Of a stretch of 64,000 bases of DNA, positions 19,301 through 33,965 are shown piece after piece. The notes below the pieces were generated by a model. It was not told the DNA's origin. It searched no databases and saw nothing but the letters and a program-made list of their open reading frames with translations. A program made the position numbers and the translations under genes. Source of the DNA: Paraspadella gotoi (lineage: Eukaryota; Animalia; Chaetognatha); contig CM119265.1 of the NCBI GenBank assembly GCA_051294375.1, positions 6,209,489-6,273,488 of the forward strand. The letters run 5' to 3'. Positions within the stretch are counted from its first letter, which is position 1. The number at the start of each line of letters is the position of its first letter.

Positions 19301-19703
19301 TTGGTCAATGGTTGTAGATAACGCGCCTCTAGCGGTTGACCTTTCTTTTCGGAAACCTTTATCGCGAGAAAGAAAAAGGGGATAAAAGGGCAATCGATCA
19401 TTCCTCAGTCTTCACTCTCTTTTAATCAATGTTAAATTACAGATTGTATGAGAGAGAGAGAGAGATAGTAGAGAGAGAGAGAGAAGAGACGACGAGAGAT
19501 ACGAGAGAGAGACATACAGACAGTAGAATATCCACTCGCATAGTTAAGAACCATTAGTTATTGAACCTTCTTCTTCCATTCGCAATTGGCGACTACATGG
19601 AAGAAGAGGGCGTCGCCGTCGCTCGAGGCGGAGCCGAGATGATTTCTCAATAAATTAGCCGTTGCTTTCCCACGCTCCAGGTCGAGCATACTGAGGACAC
19701 ATC

Positions 19704-19736
<33 letters not shown>

Positions 19737-20268
19737 CGAGAGAGAGACTGGGGGGGGGGGGGGGGGGGGGGGGGGGGGGCGGGGGGGGGGGGGGTGAGAG
19801 AGAGAGAGAGTGGGAAGAGGAAAAAACAGAAGAAGATATGTGATGTAGAAAAAAGAGGATCCAGACAACTGGCCGACGTTCCGACCCCGCGCCATTAACT
19901 CACGGCACATCTCAGACATAAATCATCTAAGGCTAGTCTGTCATTATCATTCGAAATGTAGTCGCGAAAATGAAAAAAAAACCTTCACAATTTGCGCCAC
20001 GGTGCAGAACTCACAAATTCATACAGCTCGGACCTTCCCGCCAACTCCAGAAATTCGCCTCCGCGGTTCCCGCCACTTCAGCGCCGCCCAGCGCAGCGGC
20101 AATTCAGCCCAGCGTCGCGTATCGTGTCCCCTTTTCAAAATCCACTGGCAGAAGATTCGCGTATCATTTTTCGTCGGATCATTAGAGGCCATTTTGGTCT
20201 CTTTCGGGTCTTGGGCGCGGACTGAATTCATCATGAGGAGACGGCCATCTCTGTCTCTGTCTCGGTCT

Positions 20269-20337
<69 letters not shown>

Positions 20338-21966
20338 ATTATCCAAGCCCAAGGACGATCGTTTACCAAAAATATTGTCACATCGTCCTTTAGCCAATTT
20401 CAATCAATCTATTCATTATAAACTAAATTTCGTTCAAAAAAGGAACTGAGTTAGCTCTGTATTCATCTAAGGAAGAATAAAAAAAAATCCCGAATCGGCC
20501 AAATCAATTTTACGATTTTCTGGCTCAGCAAGATTTTTTTTTCTCTTCTCATCTTTTATTTAAACAACGAGACTGAAATTCTCGTTAAAGACTTTTCATA
20601 ACAAACGAGACTCGATTTCTAGTGTAAGGGAAAAAAATAGAAAAAATTCTCTCAGACAAAAGGGGCGAGGTTCCCCCGGGAGACATCTAACGACTAAGAG
20701 AGAGAGAGAGAAACAAAAATCATTTGAGCCCTGGCAGCGCGGCTTCGTCCTCGTCGTGGCGGGACATAGGGGAAGACAAAGAATGAAGAAAATGAGAGTT
20801 CATCAAGTAAAACCCAGAGTGGCTGGGACAACGAAAAATTCCCTTGCCTTTTTTGCTAGATCTGAGAAAATACATATTTTCTAACTTCTAAGCCTTAAAA
20901 AATGAATAATTCTGTGTAAACGATTTATACTATTATACGTATTTAAGACAACAACAGCAACGACAAATTCTATGCCGATTTCAAGCCCTCTTTTCTTTTC
21001 CGTCTTTTTCATCCCATTAACGTAACGAGAATCCGAGTGGAAATTCTGGGAATTGAGGTTACGAACTCGAAGATTTTTGGGTCGAAACGATTTTCGCTTT
21101 TCTTTTGGCGTCGGAAATCTTTTGCAAGAAAGACGACAGCAATTGACGCGAAAATAAGAAAGATATTAAAAGAATGGATGATGGAAAATTCACTGTGTAA
21201 AATTCACTGTGTAAAATTCCCATGCCGTACCATCGCCAAGGATCCAGGAGTAATGACGCCACACACTGGCGTCATAGTTGATGGAACTTTTCCAAAAAAA
21301 CGCTACGTGTGACGCCGGGGGGGACGGCGTTGAAATGATTAGCGCCGGAAATAACGCGAGATGACGTCTAAGTGACGCCGCCGAGGCTCCGCACTGTGCG
21401 GCACAGCGCGTCTGGAGAAGCGGCGTCAAACGAGGCGAGAACGATTGAGGAGCGCCACGCGGCCGATCGAGAAAAAAGGCGGGAAAATTGGAAACGGAAA
21501 AAAAAGGGAAAAAAAGAAAAGAAAAAAAAAGGATTTAAAAAGAAGAAAGAACTGGAAAAAACTGGAAGAGAAGGGATAGATAAAGGAAAAAAGAAAAAGA
21601 TATGGTGTAGGTAAGGAAAAGAAAAAGAAACATGAGAAAAATTTGGGAGAGTAAAAAAAATAACGTTAATAATCTTTTTTTTTGACATGCCCGGTGCTTG
21701 TGTTTGGACGAGGTTTATTCATGATTATTTCCATCCATTCTCTTTTGCTATATGCATTTCTCTCTATCTTTTTCTTTTTCTCTCTTTCTCTCTCTCTCTC
21801 CTCAATCTCCTTTCAAAGTAACCATGGCAACGATTGTCTCGAGACAACAAAGATTTACTCGTCCTCATTTCTGGCAGAAGACCTCGGCTTCGATTCTACA
21901 AGCGAGGAACTCAATGAGACGAAAAAGGCGATTTAAAGCCGGAGGGTGAGATGAGAGAGAGAGAGA

Positions 21967-22031
<65 letters not shown>

Positions 22032-22169
22032 CTTTGGATCGTTCGCATTGCTACAATTTCTGACGGAACAGGAAACATTTTCTTGAGTCGGATTTTTAAA
22101 TTAAAAAAAAATGCGTACGGATTAATAATTTTCCGTCGAATAGTCTGCGCAAAACGTTTTTGAAAAAGC

Positions 22170-22257
<88 letters not shown>

Positions 22258-22446
22258 CTTTTTTTTTATTCCTTTTTTTTTTTTTTGTAACTTGAGTACT
22301 AACTATGATTATATCGCCTTTTAGCAGATAATTGATTGGTAGACTTTCAACTGTAAAACCTTTTAAAGAAATTTAAATGAACGGACCACTGTTACCTATA
22401 GGTTCCTTGCAGAAGGTACTAATGGTCCATGTAACATTACATCTAT

Positions 22447-22478
<32 letters not shown>

Positions 22479-25400
22479 TCCTCTCTCTCTCTCTCTCTCT
22501 CTCTCTTTCCGACACCCATCATTTGTCTCATCGAACTCTCTTTTAGTCTCTCTCATTTTTCTCCTCTTCCTCTTTTTTAAATTTATTTTTTATTTCTTTT
22601 CATTTTCTCTTCTATTAAGTATCAAAGAATCGACGTTCCACTTTTTACTCAACGCGCACTTCGTTTTTTCTTTTTTTTTTTCTTTTTTTTTCCTTTTTTT
22701 TCGTTTTTTTCTTTTTTTTCCCATTTTTTTCCGGATTCCCATTTTTCCCGTTGTTCCTTTTACAATTCAGTTTCCTTCTTTTCGTAGTAATATCGGCGCT
22801 GTCACCCTGCGTTTTAACTTTTACACATCACTTTATTACTCTTTCACCGTGTCATATATACTTTCAATCCGATCCGTTTCAAGTTGTGACGGCTTTATCC
22901 ACATCCATATCGTTGACATTGACAGCGCCATTGGCGTTCTTATCTTTTCAGCCCCAATTTTGAAGTGTTATATAAAGTTATATCTTCGTTAAATCGTCCT
23001 TGATTTATATAATTATAGTTGTATTTCACATCTTTGAAACTTTGTTTGTTTTTCTACCAAAGACACTCCTATTTTCCCTGTTTTCACAGGGTTTTTAATA
23101 TTTTCCAAAAAAATTATATACTAGTTTCAAAACGCCTTGAGAACCCTATCTCTCTTTACCTTACTATTAAACTAGACTCTATGACCCATGACCACTGACC
23201 ACTGACCACTGACCACTCGCCTCATACATCACAAATCCATCTAATTCTCGCTCTATTATTCAATCACCTTCCACTTCTTCATCGACTCTGTCTCCATCAG
23301 CGCGCCTCTCTACTTCAAACCGTCTTGCTTCACCTTCGTCTCGACGTTCCTCTCGTTTTCCCGAGACGCCCCACCTTCACCTCCTCCTTTTCCTCCTCCT
23401 CCTCCTCCTCCTCATCCGTGTCACGTTTCTGTCTCTTGCGACGCGAAATTCCTTTTTAATTCCCGGTTTTTTTTCCCTTCGATTTTTTTTCTCGCTTCTT
23501 TTTTTTCTCCAATTATTTTTCCATTTCCTTCTCATTTTATTCACGTTTCACTTTTTTTTTAAATATCCTTTTTTTTGTTTCGTTGTTTTTTTTGTTTTTG
23601 TTTTCCGTTTTTCTTCTGTTTACACAAAACGTCGTTTCTAAACATAAAAAAAAGATACCAAATCTAAATTTCTCAAAATCATCTTTTTTAATTTCCGAAA
23701 AACGAAATAGTGATCTCGTCACGTGACTATGGCGACAGAAATCTTCCCCCTCGCGTCCTTCGCCCAACTCAGTCTCATGTAGAAAGAGTTTGGCACATCT
23801 ATCTCTTCGCTCCGTCACGCTCCGGTTCTCCATTAGCCATTCTTTCTCAATCCGGCGTGGTGAATACCGAAGAAATTGAGGTGGGATTTTTACATTATCA
23901 CTTTCATAATCAGTAAGAGCTCTTTTTCTTTTGAGAACGCTGTGCGCGCGAGGGAGCGCAAGCACACAGCTATTACAGCTTCAGAAGTATCTGTATATAT
24001 GTTCCTGAGTATGTCTGTCACTAGCGGCGTGTTATCAGACTATAGTTGACTTTTGCCTGCATGTCTGTTTCTCTCGTTCCTACAGGTATACTGTTAGAGA
24101 GCTCCTTTCTTTTTTTTGTCCTATACTTCCTTTTACTTTTTCAAAATGACTTAACCAATCGCCATTTATTCAACTGCGTAGTGGGTCATTATTCCTTTGT
24201 TTCGTATTTTTTCTGTTACTTCTTTCCGACTGTCATGGGGCGTTCTTAGGCCGGGATTTTCGCGACGTTGCTTATTTTTTTTGCAGCTCATCGGCGCGCA
24301 GCTATGCAATTTTTTCACAAATAAAAAAATATAATGTTCGATTTAATATTACTTAATTTTAAAGCCAGTTATTTCTTTACTAAAAATATGTGATCTCGCA
24401 CACTTATTAATAGAGTGACCCGATATTATTGGTCCGAGTTTGTAGTATATGTCGCTTATATGGCTAATTTTCCAGTTTAATTTCTTTCATATACCTTTTT
24501 TCCTTAATTTTGATGATTTTTCACTAATTGAAGTAATCAAACAATTATACACTTCCTTTTACATTCTTCCTTGATAACCATCCCGTATACCGCCACATAA
24601 CCATACACTCTGCTCCCCATGCTTTCAGATTTCTATTCTCTCCAAAAGCGCCATAAATCCGGTACCGGCGCTTATCTCAACAGGGTCGGGATTCTATTTT
24701 TTAACTCCGCGCCACCCGTATGCGTCTTCCCTTTCTCCGCGTTTCCGAGTTTACTCAGTACTCTGATGGGTCTTCGCGTCAATGATTAAGGTGCTAAGTC
24801 AAAAAGAAGCCCATCACGTGCGAACCAGTCCGGCGCTAATGTTTATCGTCCCGTCGCCAATTCGCGCCGGCCAGGTGAGTACGTGGCGTTTGCTTTTCGG
24901 GGCAGGGCCATATAACTTTAATGCTTCTAATAAGTTCTTGACGCCCGCAGGCGCGGAAACGTCGTATGTGTATGGAAAATCAAGTTTTATCTGTTACGGG
25001 CGCCTCGAGCAGAAAAAGGGCCATCGCGCGGATGCCGGAGTGAGCCCGAAAGAGATCATCATTTGATCCCGCCTCCTGAGCTCCAACTCCGTCGAAGTCG
25101 ACGTCGGACGGGCGCGGGCGTGTCGGAGCGGAGTTCCTTGTCGTATTGGCCGTCGCGTAGGTGTTACCCGTGGGCGCACTCGGCCGGCAACCGTTGGTCT
25201 CAAACGCGTCCTATTGCTTTCGTGGGTTGGTGCGTTTGCGAATAACATGGTCCAATAATTCCTAGGCGTTTATGCTATGTTCTGTGAATATCACTGTTAC
25301 GCTAAACATTATATTTGACCGGTACATTCCTTATTCTTGATCTTATTTCTATGCTATCTGGGTTTGCATGCCTGCCGCTATAATTTGTAAAAGGGCGAGG

Positions 25401-27534
25401 CCGGCACTGTAGGTACGGGAGTAAGATGTCGGTGACAGCATACAGAATTTACTGCATTGGTTTGTTGGCTGTGCTTTCGTTTATGTACTCGTTCCTGTAT
25501 TTCGTTTGCATGCGTTCCTCTAAGGAGGTGAGCTGATGTCTCAGGACGGGGTAGTTGAGTGCAGACTGGACTGATCCTTGCGCAGGATTCTAGCGCAATT
25601 GGTATGACCTTTCCCCTTCACTCACTCCTCACCTTTTGGCGGTGGTTGTTATCTGTGACTCGTCATTCGACTTTGCATGCTCCTAGCTCCTGACTTTTTT
25701 CCACGGGAGAGGAGGTTCTCTTGCAATGCGATTCGCCCAACCCTTTTTGTCTTCTGTTATAATTTAGTTATACTTGTATATCGCCCCCTTCTGTTAGGAG
25801 GATTTCGTCCGCTCGTGCTGCAAATCGAGGATTGCAATTTGCGCAGCTCTTTATTTTAATCATAATTTAGGGGAACGTGCGCGGGGGTTTGCATTTTTAG
25901 GCGTCACAAAAGTTTAGGGATGAATCCCCGAGAAAATCGATCTATTAATTGTTTTTGACCTTATTCTCCGTTCTTCGATTCTTACACATGATAAATGAAA
26001 CATTTAACCAAGTAAATAATGATCACAGGCTACTGTTCTTTACCCTAAAACACAATATTTTTTTTACCTCTTAAGCACTATGTATTACGGTAAATCCATC
26101 ATTAAAATCTGTCTCCGCAATTTGTCAATTTTGGGGAGACACATACACGCACACAAAAGCCATACCTGCCCTACGAGAATTTCGGAGATGGATCGTATTA
26201 CGTATGTGAAGTCTTTCATTGCAGGGGCACATAGATGGTGTATTCGTCGCGGTAGGGGATCTTTGCAAATGCGACTCATCGAGGCGGAATAGATGCAGGC
26301 GACGGCATTTCGTTCTGGTACGATTTGTTTATGACGGGCCCTCCCTCTCGCTTCTCCCCCTCCCCAGCTTGCGGCCTCCCTGTCAACCTCCCCCATCCAC
26401 CTCCTATCCTCTCCTTCCACGGGGGTGGGTCTGGTTGGGTTCTATAGGGAGTTGACGTTTATTTAGATCTCTCACTATTTCTTCTCTAAATATTTTCTTT
26501 TCTTCTTCTATTTTTTAATTATTCTTCTCTTTCCCTTCTCTACTTCTTTTATCTTTTCTCTTACTTTTGTTTATTTCTATATTTCTTTCTTATTTAATAT
26601 GAAGAGAAAAGTAAATGGCCGGACCAAAACGATTCTAACGACAGAAGGAAACCTCATTCTTAATTTTTTTCCTTTCGTGTCCGGCAGAAGGGAATTCGCC
26701 CGAGGAAGGGACTAAACGGTCCCGGAAGCAACACCACACAAAAGGTCAGTAGCGGTGAGCCCGCCGCTAGCCGACGAAGAGCGAAGATAACGGCGAACCG
26801 AGGCAGAGCGCCAAAGCAGGGCTCAAAACCATCGGGTACGTGGCAGCAAGCATCGCAGAAAAAGAAACAAATCAAAAGTGACCCGCCGTGTCTTCCTCTC
26901 CTCTCTCTTCTTCTATCCTCCTCTTTCGTTTGATTCTCTCTCTCTTGCTCTCGTCTCGTCTCTCTCTTCTCCTCTCTTTACGGGCAAAAAAGAATCACCG
27001 GCCGTAATCACCCACTTTCTTTCTCTCTCTTCCTCGAGCTTCGATCGACGTTTTCTCGCCATCTGCAGACACGATCACCATCACCATCAAGCTTCACCAA
27101 TTTTAGTTTCACCGCGCCGCGATTATCTTTTCACTTATGATCTCATTTACCGATATTCACCCTCATGCCGTCATTGTTTTTTTCTGTTTTTTTTTTTTTT
27201 TTTTTTTTGACTCGCTCAACCGACATTTTCATAGCCAGCACTCTTGCCAATCCTTTTCGTCTGTGATCTTTCACTCGGATTTTCGATCAGATTTTTCTTT
27301 CTTAACTTCCGTTTCCAACTTCATCTATTCTCCTTTAGAACGCACACACCACAACTTGGCGCCACGCCCTCAAGTCGTCCGGGGGTCCCCACCCACCGTT
27401 CCCTCTCGCTTTGAATTTAAGGCGCGAACAGACGTGAAAAGTTCACGAAGCGACGCCGGGGGAGATTTTCTCGTCCGGCGTGTCACGTGATCAGACGAGC
27501 AGTTAATTGAGAGAGAGAGGAGAGAGAAGAGAGA

Positions 27535-27598
<64 letters not shown>

Positions 27599-27772
27599 GA
27601 GAGACAGAGAAAGTTAAGGGGACAAATTAAAAGGGAAAGGCTTCGAAAACGAGAAAATGAAGTTGTGAGAAGACGATAAAGGAAAAAAAGTCGCTTACCT
27701 TTTGTGTTTATTGGGAATCGTTCGATTTTTTTTANNNNNNNNNNNNNNNNNNNNNNNNNCACGCCAGCTTTT

Positions 27773-27866
<94 letters not shown>

Positions 27867-29276
27867 CGACAGACGGAGAGACAGAGAAAGTTAAGGGGAC
27901 AAATTAAAAAGGGAAAGGCTTCGAAAACGAGAAAATGAAGTGTGAGAAGACGATAAAGGAAAAAAAAAGTCGCTTCCCTTTTGTTGTTTGGGAACTCGTT
28001 CGTTTTTTTTTAAAGTTGGGCGAAGGCGCGAGGGGAAGATTTCTGTCGCCATAGTCACGTGACGAGATCACTATTTCGTTTTTCGGAAATTAAACTGTAA
28101 AAGATGATTTGAGAAATTTAGATTTGGTATCTTTTTTTTATGTTTCATGTTTTTTTATTTAGAAACGACGTTTTGTGTAACAGAAGAAAAACGGAAAAAC
28201 AAAAAAAAACAACGAAACAAAAAAAGGATATTTAAAAAAAAAAGTGAAACGTGAATAAAATGAGAAGGAAATGGAAAATAATTGGAGAAAAAAAAGAAGC
28301 GAGAAAAAAAATCGAAGGGAAAAAAACCGGGAATTAAAAAGGAATTTCGCGTCGCAAGAGACAGAAACGTGACACGGATGAGGAGGAGAGGAGGAGGAGA
28401 GGAGGAGGAGAGGAGTGAAGGTGGGGCGTCTAGGGAAAACGAGAGGAACGTCGAGACGAAGGTGAAGAAAGACGGTTTGAAGTAGAGAGGCGCGCTGATG
28501 GAGACAGAGTCGATGAAGAAGTGGAAGGTGATTGAATAATAGAGCGAGAATTAGATGGATTTGTGATGTATGAGGCGAGTGGTCAGTGGTCAGTGGTCAG
28601 TGGTCCATGGGTCATAGAGTCTAGTTTAATAGTAAGGTAAAGAGAGATAGGGTTCTCAAGGCGTTTTGAAACTAGTATATAATTTTTTTGGAAAAATTAA
28701 AACCTGTGAAAACAGGGAAAATAGGAGTGTCTTTGTAAAAAACAAACAAAGTTTCAAAGATGTGAAATACAACTATAATTATATAAATCAAGGACGATTT
28801 AACGAAGATATAACTTTATATAACACTTCAAAATTGGGGCTGAAAAGATAAGAACGCCAATGGCGCTGTCAATGTCAACGATATGGATGTGGATAAAGCC
28901 GTCACAATTGAAACGGATCGGATTGAAGTATATATGACACGGTGAAAGAGTAATAAAGTGATGTGAAAAGTTAAAAACGCAGGGTGACAGCGCCGATATT
29001 ACTACGAAAAGAAGGAAACTGAATTGTAAAAGGAACAACGGGAAAAATGGGAATCCGGAAAAAATGGGAGAAAAAAACAAGAAAAAAAAAAAAGAAAAAA
29101 AAAGAAAAAAAAAAAAAAACAAGTGCGCGTTGAGTAAAAAGTGGAACGTCGATTCTTTGATACTTAATAGAAGAGAAAATGAAAAGAAATAAAAAATAAA
29201 TTTAAAAAAAGGGAAGAGGAGAAAATGAGAGAGACTAAAAGAGAGTTCGATGAGACAAATGATTGTGGTGTCGGAA

Positions 29277-29347
<71 letters not shown>

Positions 29348-29541
29348 AAGATAGATAATTGTACATGGACTAGGTACCTTCTGCAAGAAGAACCTATAGG
29401 TAACAGTGGGTCCGTTCATTTAAATTTCTTTAAAAGGTTTTACAGTTGAAAAGTCTACCAATCAATTATCTGGCTAAAAGGTCGATACTAATCATAAGTT
29501 AGTACTCAATTACAAAAAAAAAAAAAAGGAATAAAAAAGAA

Positions 29542-29599
<58 letters not shown>

Positions 29600-29760
29600 A
29601 AAGGAGAGAGAGAGAGAGAGATCGCTTTTTCAAAAACGTTTGCGCAGACTATTCGACGGAAAATTATTAATCCGTACGCATTTTTTTTTAATTTTAAAAT
29701 TCCGACTAAAGAAAGATGTTTCCTGTTCCGTCAGAAATTGTAGCATGGCGAACGATTCCA

Positions 29761-29824
<64 letters not shown>

Positions 29825-31505
29825 TCTCTCTCTCTCTCTCTCTCTCACCCTCCGGCTTTAATCGCCTTTTTCGTCTCATTGAGTTTCCTCGTTGTAGGAA
29901 ATCGAAGCGGGGTCTTCTGCCAGAAATGAGGACGAGTAAAGATCTTTGTTGTCTCGAGACAATCGTTGCCATGGTTACTTTGAAAGGAGATTGAGGAGAG
30001 AGAGAGAGAAAGAGAGAAAAAAGAAAAAGATAGAGAGAAATGCATATAGCAAACAGAGAATGGATGGAAATAATCATGATAAACCTCGTCAAACACAGCA
30101 CCGGGCATGTCAAAAAAAGATTATTAACGTTATTTTTTTTACTCTCCCAAATTTTTTCTCAATGTTTCTTTTTCTTTTCCTTACCTACACCATATCTTTT
30201 TTTTTTCCTTTATCTATCCCTTCTCTTCCAGTTTTTTCCAGTTCTTTCTTCTTTTTAAATCCCTTTTTTTCTTTTCTTTTTTTTCCCTTTTTTTCCCGGT
30301 TCCAATTTTCCCGCCTTTTTCTCGATCGGCGCGGTGGCGCTCCTCATCGTTCTCGCCTCGTTTGACGCCGCTTCTCCAGACGCGCTGTGCCGCACAGTGC
30401 GGAGCCCTCGGGGCGTCACTTAGACGTCATCTCGCGTTATTTCCGGCGCTAATCATTTCAACGCCGTCCCCCCGGCGTCACACTGTAGCGTTTTTTTGGA
30501 AAAGTTCCATCAACTATGACGCCAGTGTGTGGCGTGCATTACTCCTGGATCCTTGCGATGGTACGGCATGGGAATTTTACACAGTGAATTTTACACAGTG
30601 AATTTTCCATCATCCATTCTATTTAATATCTTTCTTATTTTCGCGTCAATTGGTTCGTCTTTCTTGCAAAAGATTTCCGACGCCAAAAGAAAAGCGAAAA
30701 ATCGTTTCGACCCAAAAATCTTCGAGTTCGTAACCTCCAATTCCCAGAATTTCCACTCGGATTCTCGTTACGTTAATGGGATGAAAAAGACGGACAAAAG
30801 AAAAGAGGGCTTGAAATCGGCATAGAATTGTCGTTGCTGTTGTTGTCTTAAATACGTATAATAGTATAATGTTTTATCACAGAATTATTCATTTTTTAAG
30901 GCTTAGAAGTTAGAAATATGTATTTTCAGGATCTAGCAAAAAAGGCAAGGGGATTTTTCGTTGTCCCAGCCACTCTGGGTTTTACTTGATGAACTCTCAT
31001 TTTCTTCATTCTTTGTTCTTCCCCTATGTCCGCACACGGCGGACAGCCGCGCGCCAGGGCTCAAATGATTTTTGTTCTCTCTCTCGTCTCTTAGTGCGTT
31101 AGATGTCTCCCGGGGGGAACCTCGCCCCTTTTGTCTGAGAGAATTTTTTTCTATTTTTTTTCCCTTACACTAGAAAATCGAGTCTCGTTATGTTATGAAA
31201 GTCTTTAACGAGAAGTTTCAGTCTCGTTAGTTTAAATCAAAAGATGAGAAGAGAAAAAAAAATCTTGCTGAGCCAGAAAATCGCTAAAATTGATATTGGC
31301 CGATTCGGGCATTTTTTTTTAATTCTTCCTTAGATGAATACAGGCTAACTCAGTTCCCTTTTTTGAACGAAATTTAGGTTTATGAATGAAGAGCATTGAT
31401 TGAAATTGGCTAAAAGGACGATGTGGCAGATATTTTTGGTAAGACGATCGTCCTTGGGCTTGGATGAATCATGGGAGAGAGAAGAGAAGAAGAGAGAAGA
31501 GAGAG

Positions 31506-31547
<42 letters not shown>

Positions 31548-33110
31548 GAGAGACGAGAGAAGGAAGAGAGAGAGAGAGAGATAAAGACCGAGACAAAGAG
31601 AGCAGAGAGTGGCCTGGTCTCCTCATGTGATGAATTCAGTCCGCGCCCAAAGACCGAAAGAAGACAATGGCCTCTAATGGATTCCGACCGGAAAATGATG
31701 GCGGAAGCTTCTTGCCAGTGGATTTGTTGGAAAAGGGAAACACATACGCGACGCTGGGCTGAAATTGCCGCTGCGCTGGGCTGACGAGCTGACAAATGGC
31801 GGGAACCGCGGAGGGCGGATTGTGTGCTGGATGTTGGCGGAAGGTCCGAGTGTCATAGAATTTGTGAGATATCTGGCACTCTGTTGGCGCAAATGTGAAG
31901 GATGTGCTTTCTTTTCTGTCGGATACATTTCGAATGATGAGTGCCAGACTCCGTCGTGAGATGATTTATGTGAGAGATGTGCGTGAGTTTGGCGCCGGGG
32001 ATCGAAACGTCGGCCATTTTGTCTGGATCTTCTCATTGATTTTCTACTCCTTGCTCTTCTGTCTTCTCCTCTTCCAGTTACTCCTCTCTCGACCCCCCCG
32101 CCCCCCCCCCCCCCCCCCCACCTAGTCTCTCTCTCCCTCTCTCTGCTCATCTCTCTTCTCAGCGTCTCGTCTCTCTTCTGTTTCTCCCCATGTGTCTCTC
32201 AGTTGCCGACCTCGTGGGTAAAGGCAACGCGCTAATTTGAGTTCGAGAATTAATCATCTCGGCTCCGCCTCGAGCGACGGCGTCGCCCTCTTTCCTTCCA
32301 TTGTAGTCGGCCAATTGGCGGAAGTGGATGAGAAAAGGTGTCAATAACTAAATGGTTCTTAACTACTGCGAGTGGATCATTGCGTAGGTCTGTCTGTCTG
32401 TCTCTCTCTCGTTCTCTCGTCGTCTCGTCTCTCTCTCTCTCTCTACTATCTCTCTCTCTCTCCTCTCTCTCATAACAATCTGTAATTAGACATTGATTAA
32501 AAGAGAGTGAAGAACTGATGAATGATCGATTGCCTTTTATAACCCCTTGTTCTTGTCTCGCGGATTAAGGTTTCACGAAAAGAAAGGTCTAACCGCTAGA
32601 GGCGCGTTATCTACATGACTATATGTGACGCAACGTTGTAGAAATACATATTGGATGTTGCCTGGCAACGATTGGTTTCGCGGGACAAAAACAAAAATAC
32701 AGAGAGAATCATTTACAGCGTTCTACGGGAATTCGAGATCCCGCGTCGTTTGGAAAAAATTCTGGCAGGCGAAGGAAGAATATTCGGAGGATGATGGGTC
32801 GAGTTTGTCTGAGGAAATTGTGACAGCGAGGGAACAGGATATCCTTGGATACAAAACAACGGTTGCGAGAAGTATGTAAGAGTGCAGAATACGTTGTTGT
32901 TTTTGTTGTTATGATTGTTGTTGTTATCATCCCAAAGGCGTGTTGTTTACTGAGAGGGAAATAATAGCCGGATTAAAGATGGGTTAAACCCGCGAAACTA
33001 GATCATCGCGGACCGAAACAGCGATCAGCTGTACGGACGCCTGTATTCGCATACGGACCATACATACAGGTATGTTCATACGCTGCCATTGAACCACATC
33101 ATCAAACAGC
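18851..33110. repeat. About 5-kb inverted repeat pair (18851-23769 vs 28013-33110), probable foldback-read artefact
   Basis: For example 23710-23769 is the reverse complement of 28013-28070, and 18851-18950 of about 33010-33110. Identity of the right arm decays with indel-type noise toward 33 kb. Confidence 0.9.
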
Positions 33111-33670
33111 GTCTGATCACGTGACACCGGCGACAGAAAATCTCCCCCCGGCGTCGCTTCGTGAACTTTTCACGTCTGGTTCGGCGCCTTAAAGTCAAAG
33201 CGAGAGGGAAGCGGTGGGTGGGGGGACCGACCGGGACGGTTGGAGGGGCGTGGCGCCAAGGTTGGGTGGGTGTGGCGTTCTAAAGGGGAAATAGATGAAG
33301 TTGGAAACGGAAGTTAAGAAAGAAAAATCTGATCAGAAAATCCGAGTGAAAGATCACAGACGAAAAGGATTGGCAAGAGTGCTGGCTATGAAAATGGTCG
33401 GTTGAGCCGAGTCAAAAAAAAAAAAAAAAAAAACAGAAAAAAACAATGACGGCATGAGGGTGAATATCGGTAAATGAGATTCATAAGTGAAAAGATAATC
33501 GCGGCGCGGTGAAACTAAAATTGGGTGAAGCTTGAGTGGTGATTGGGTGATCGTGTCTGCAGATGGGCGAGAGAAACTGGGCGATCGAGTCGAGGAAGAG
33601 GGAGAAAGAAAGTGGGTGATTTTAGGCGCCGGTGATATGCTTTTTTTGCGGTAAGAGGGAGAGAGAGAGA

Positions 33671-33719
<49 letters not shown>

Positions 33720-33965
33720 CACGCGGGGTCCTATTTCGATTTGCTTTCTCGTTTTTTGCCATTAACCCATTTTTATTGCCTTTCCTCCTCGTTTGCCCGT
33801 TATCTTCGCTCTTCGTCGGCCTTACCCTCACTTACCTTTTTTTTTTCGCTTCCGCCGTTATGGTCGCGCTTCCGTCGGGGCGAATTCGTTCTGCCGGAAG
33901 AAAGAAAAAAATTGGAGAATGAGGTTTCCTTCTGTCGTTGGAATCGTTTTGGAGACCCGGCCATC
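26613..33965. repeat. Second inverted pair (about 26613-27497 vs 33111-33965), interleaved with the first
   Basis: GTTCACGAAGCGACGCCGGGGGAGATTTT...GTCACGTGATCAGAC (27441-27495) is the reverse complement of 33111-33165; homology continues to about 26613/33965. Confidence 0.85.

Noticed and set aside
23770-26600. Compositionally distinct, repeat-poor spacer that could be a foreign (viral or HGT) insert
   Set aside because: No long ORF or motif; lies at the turn of the foldback and grades into a noisy copy of neighbouring sequence, so most likely low-quality read sequence.
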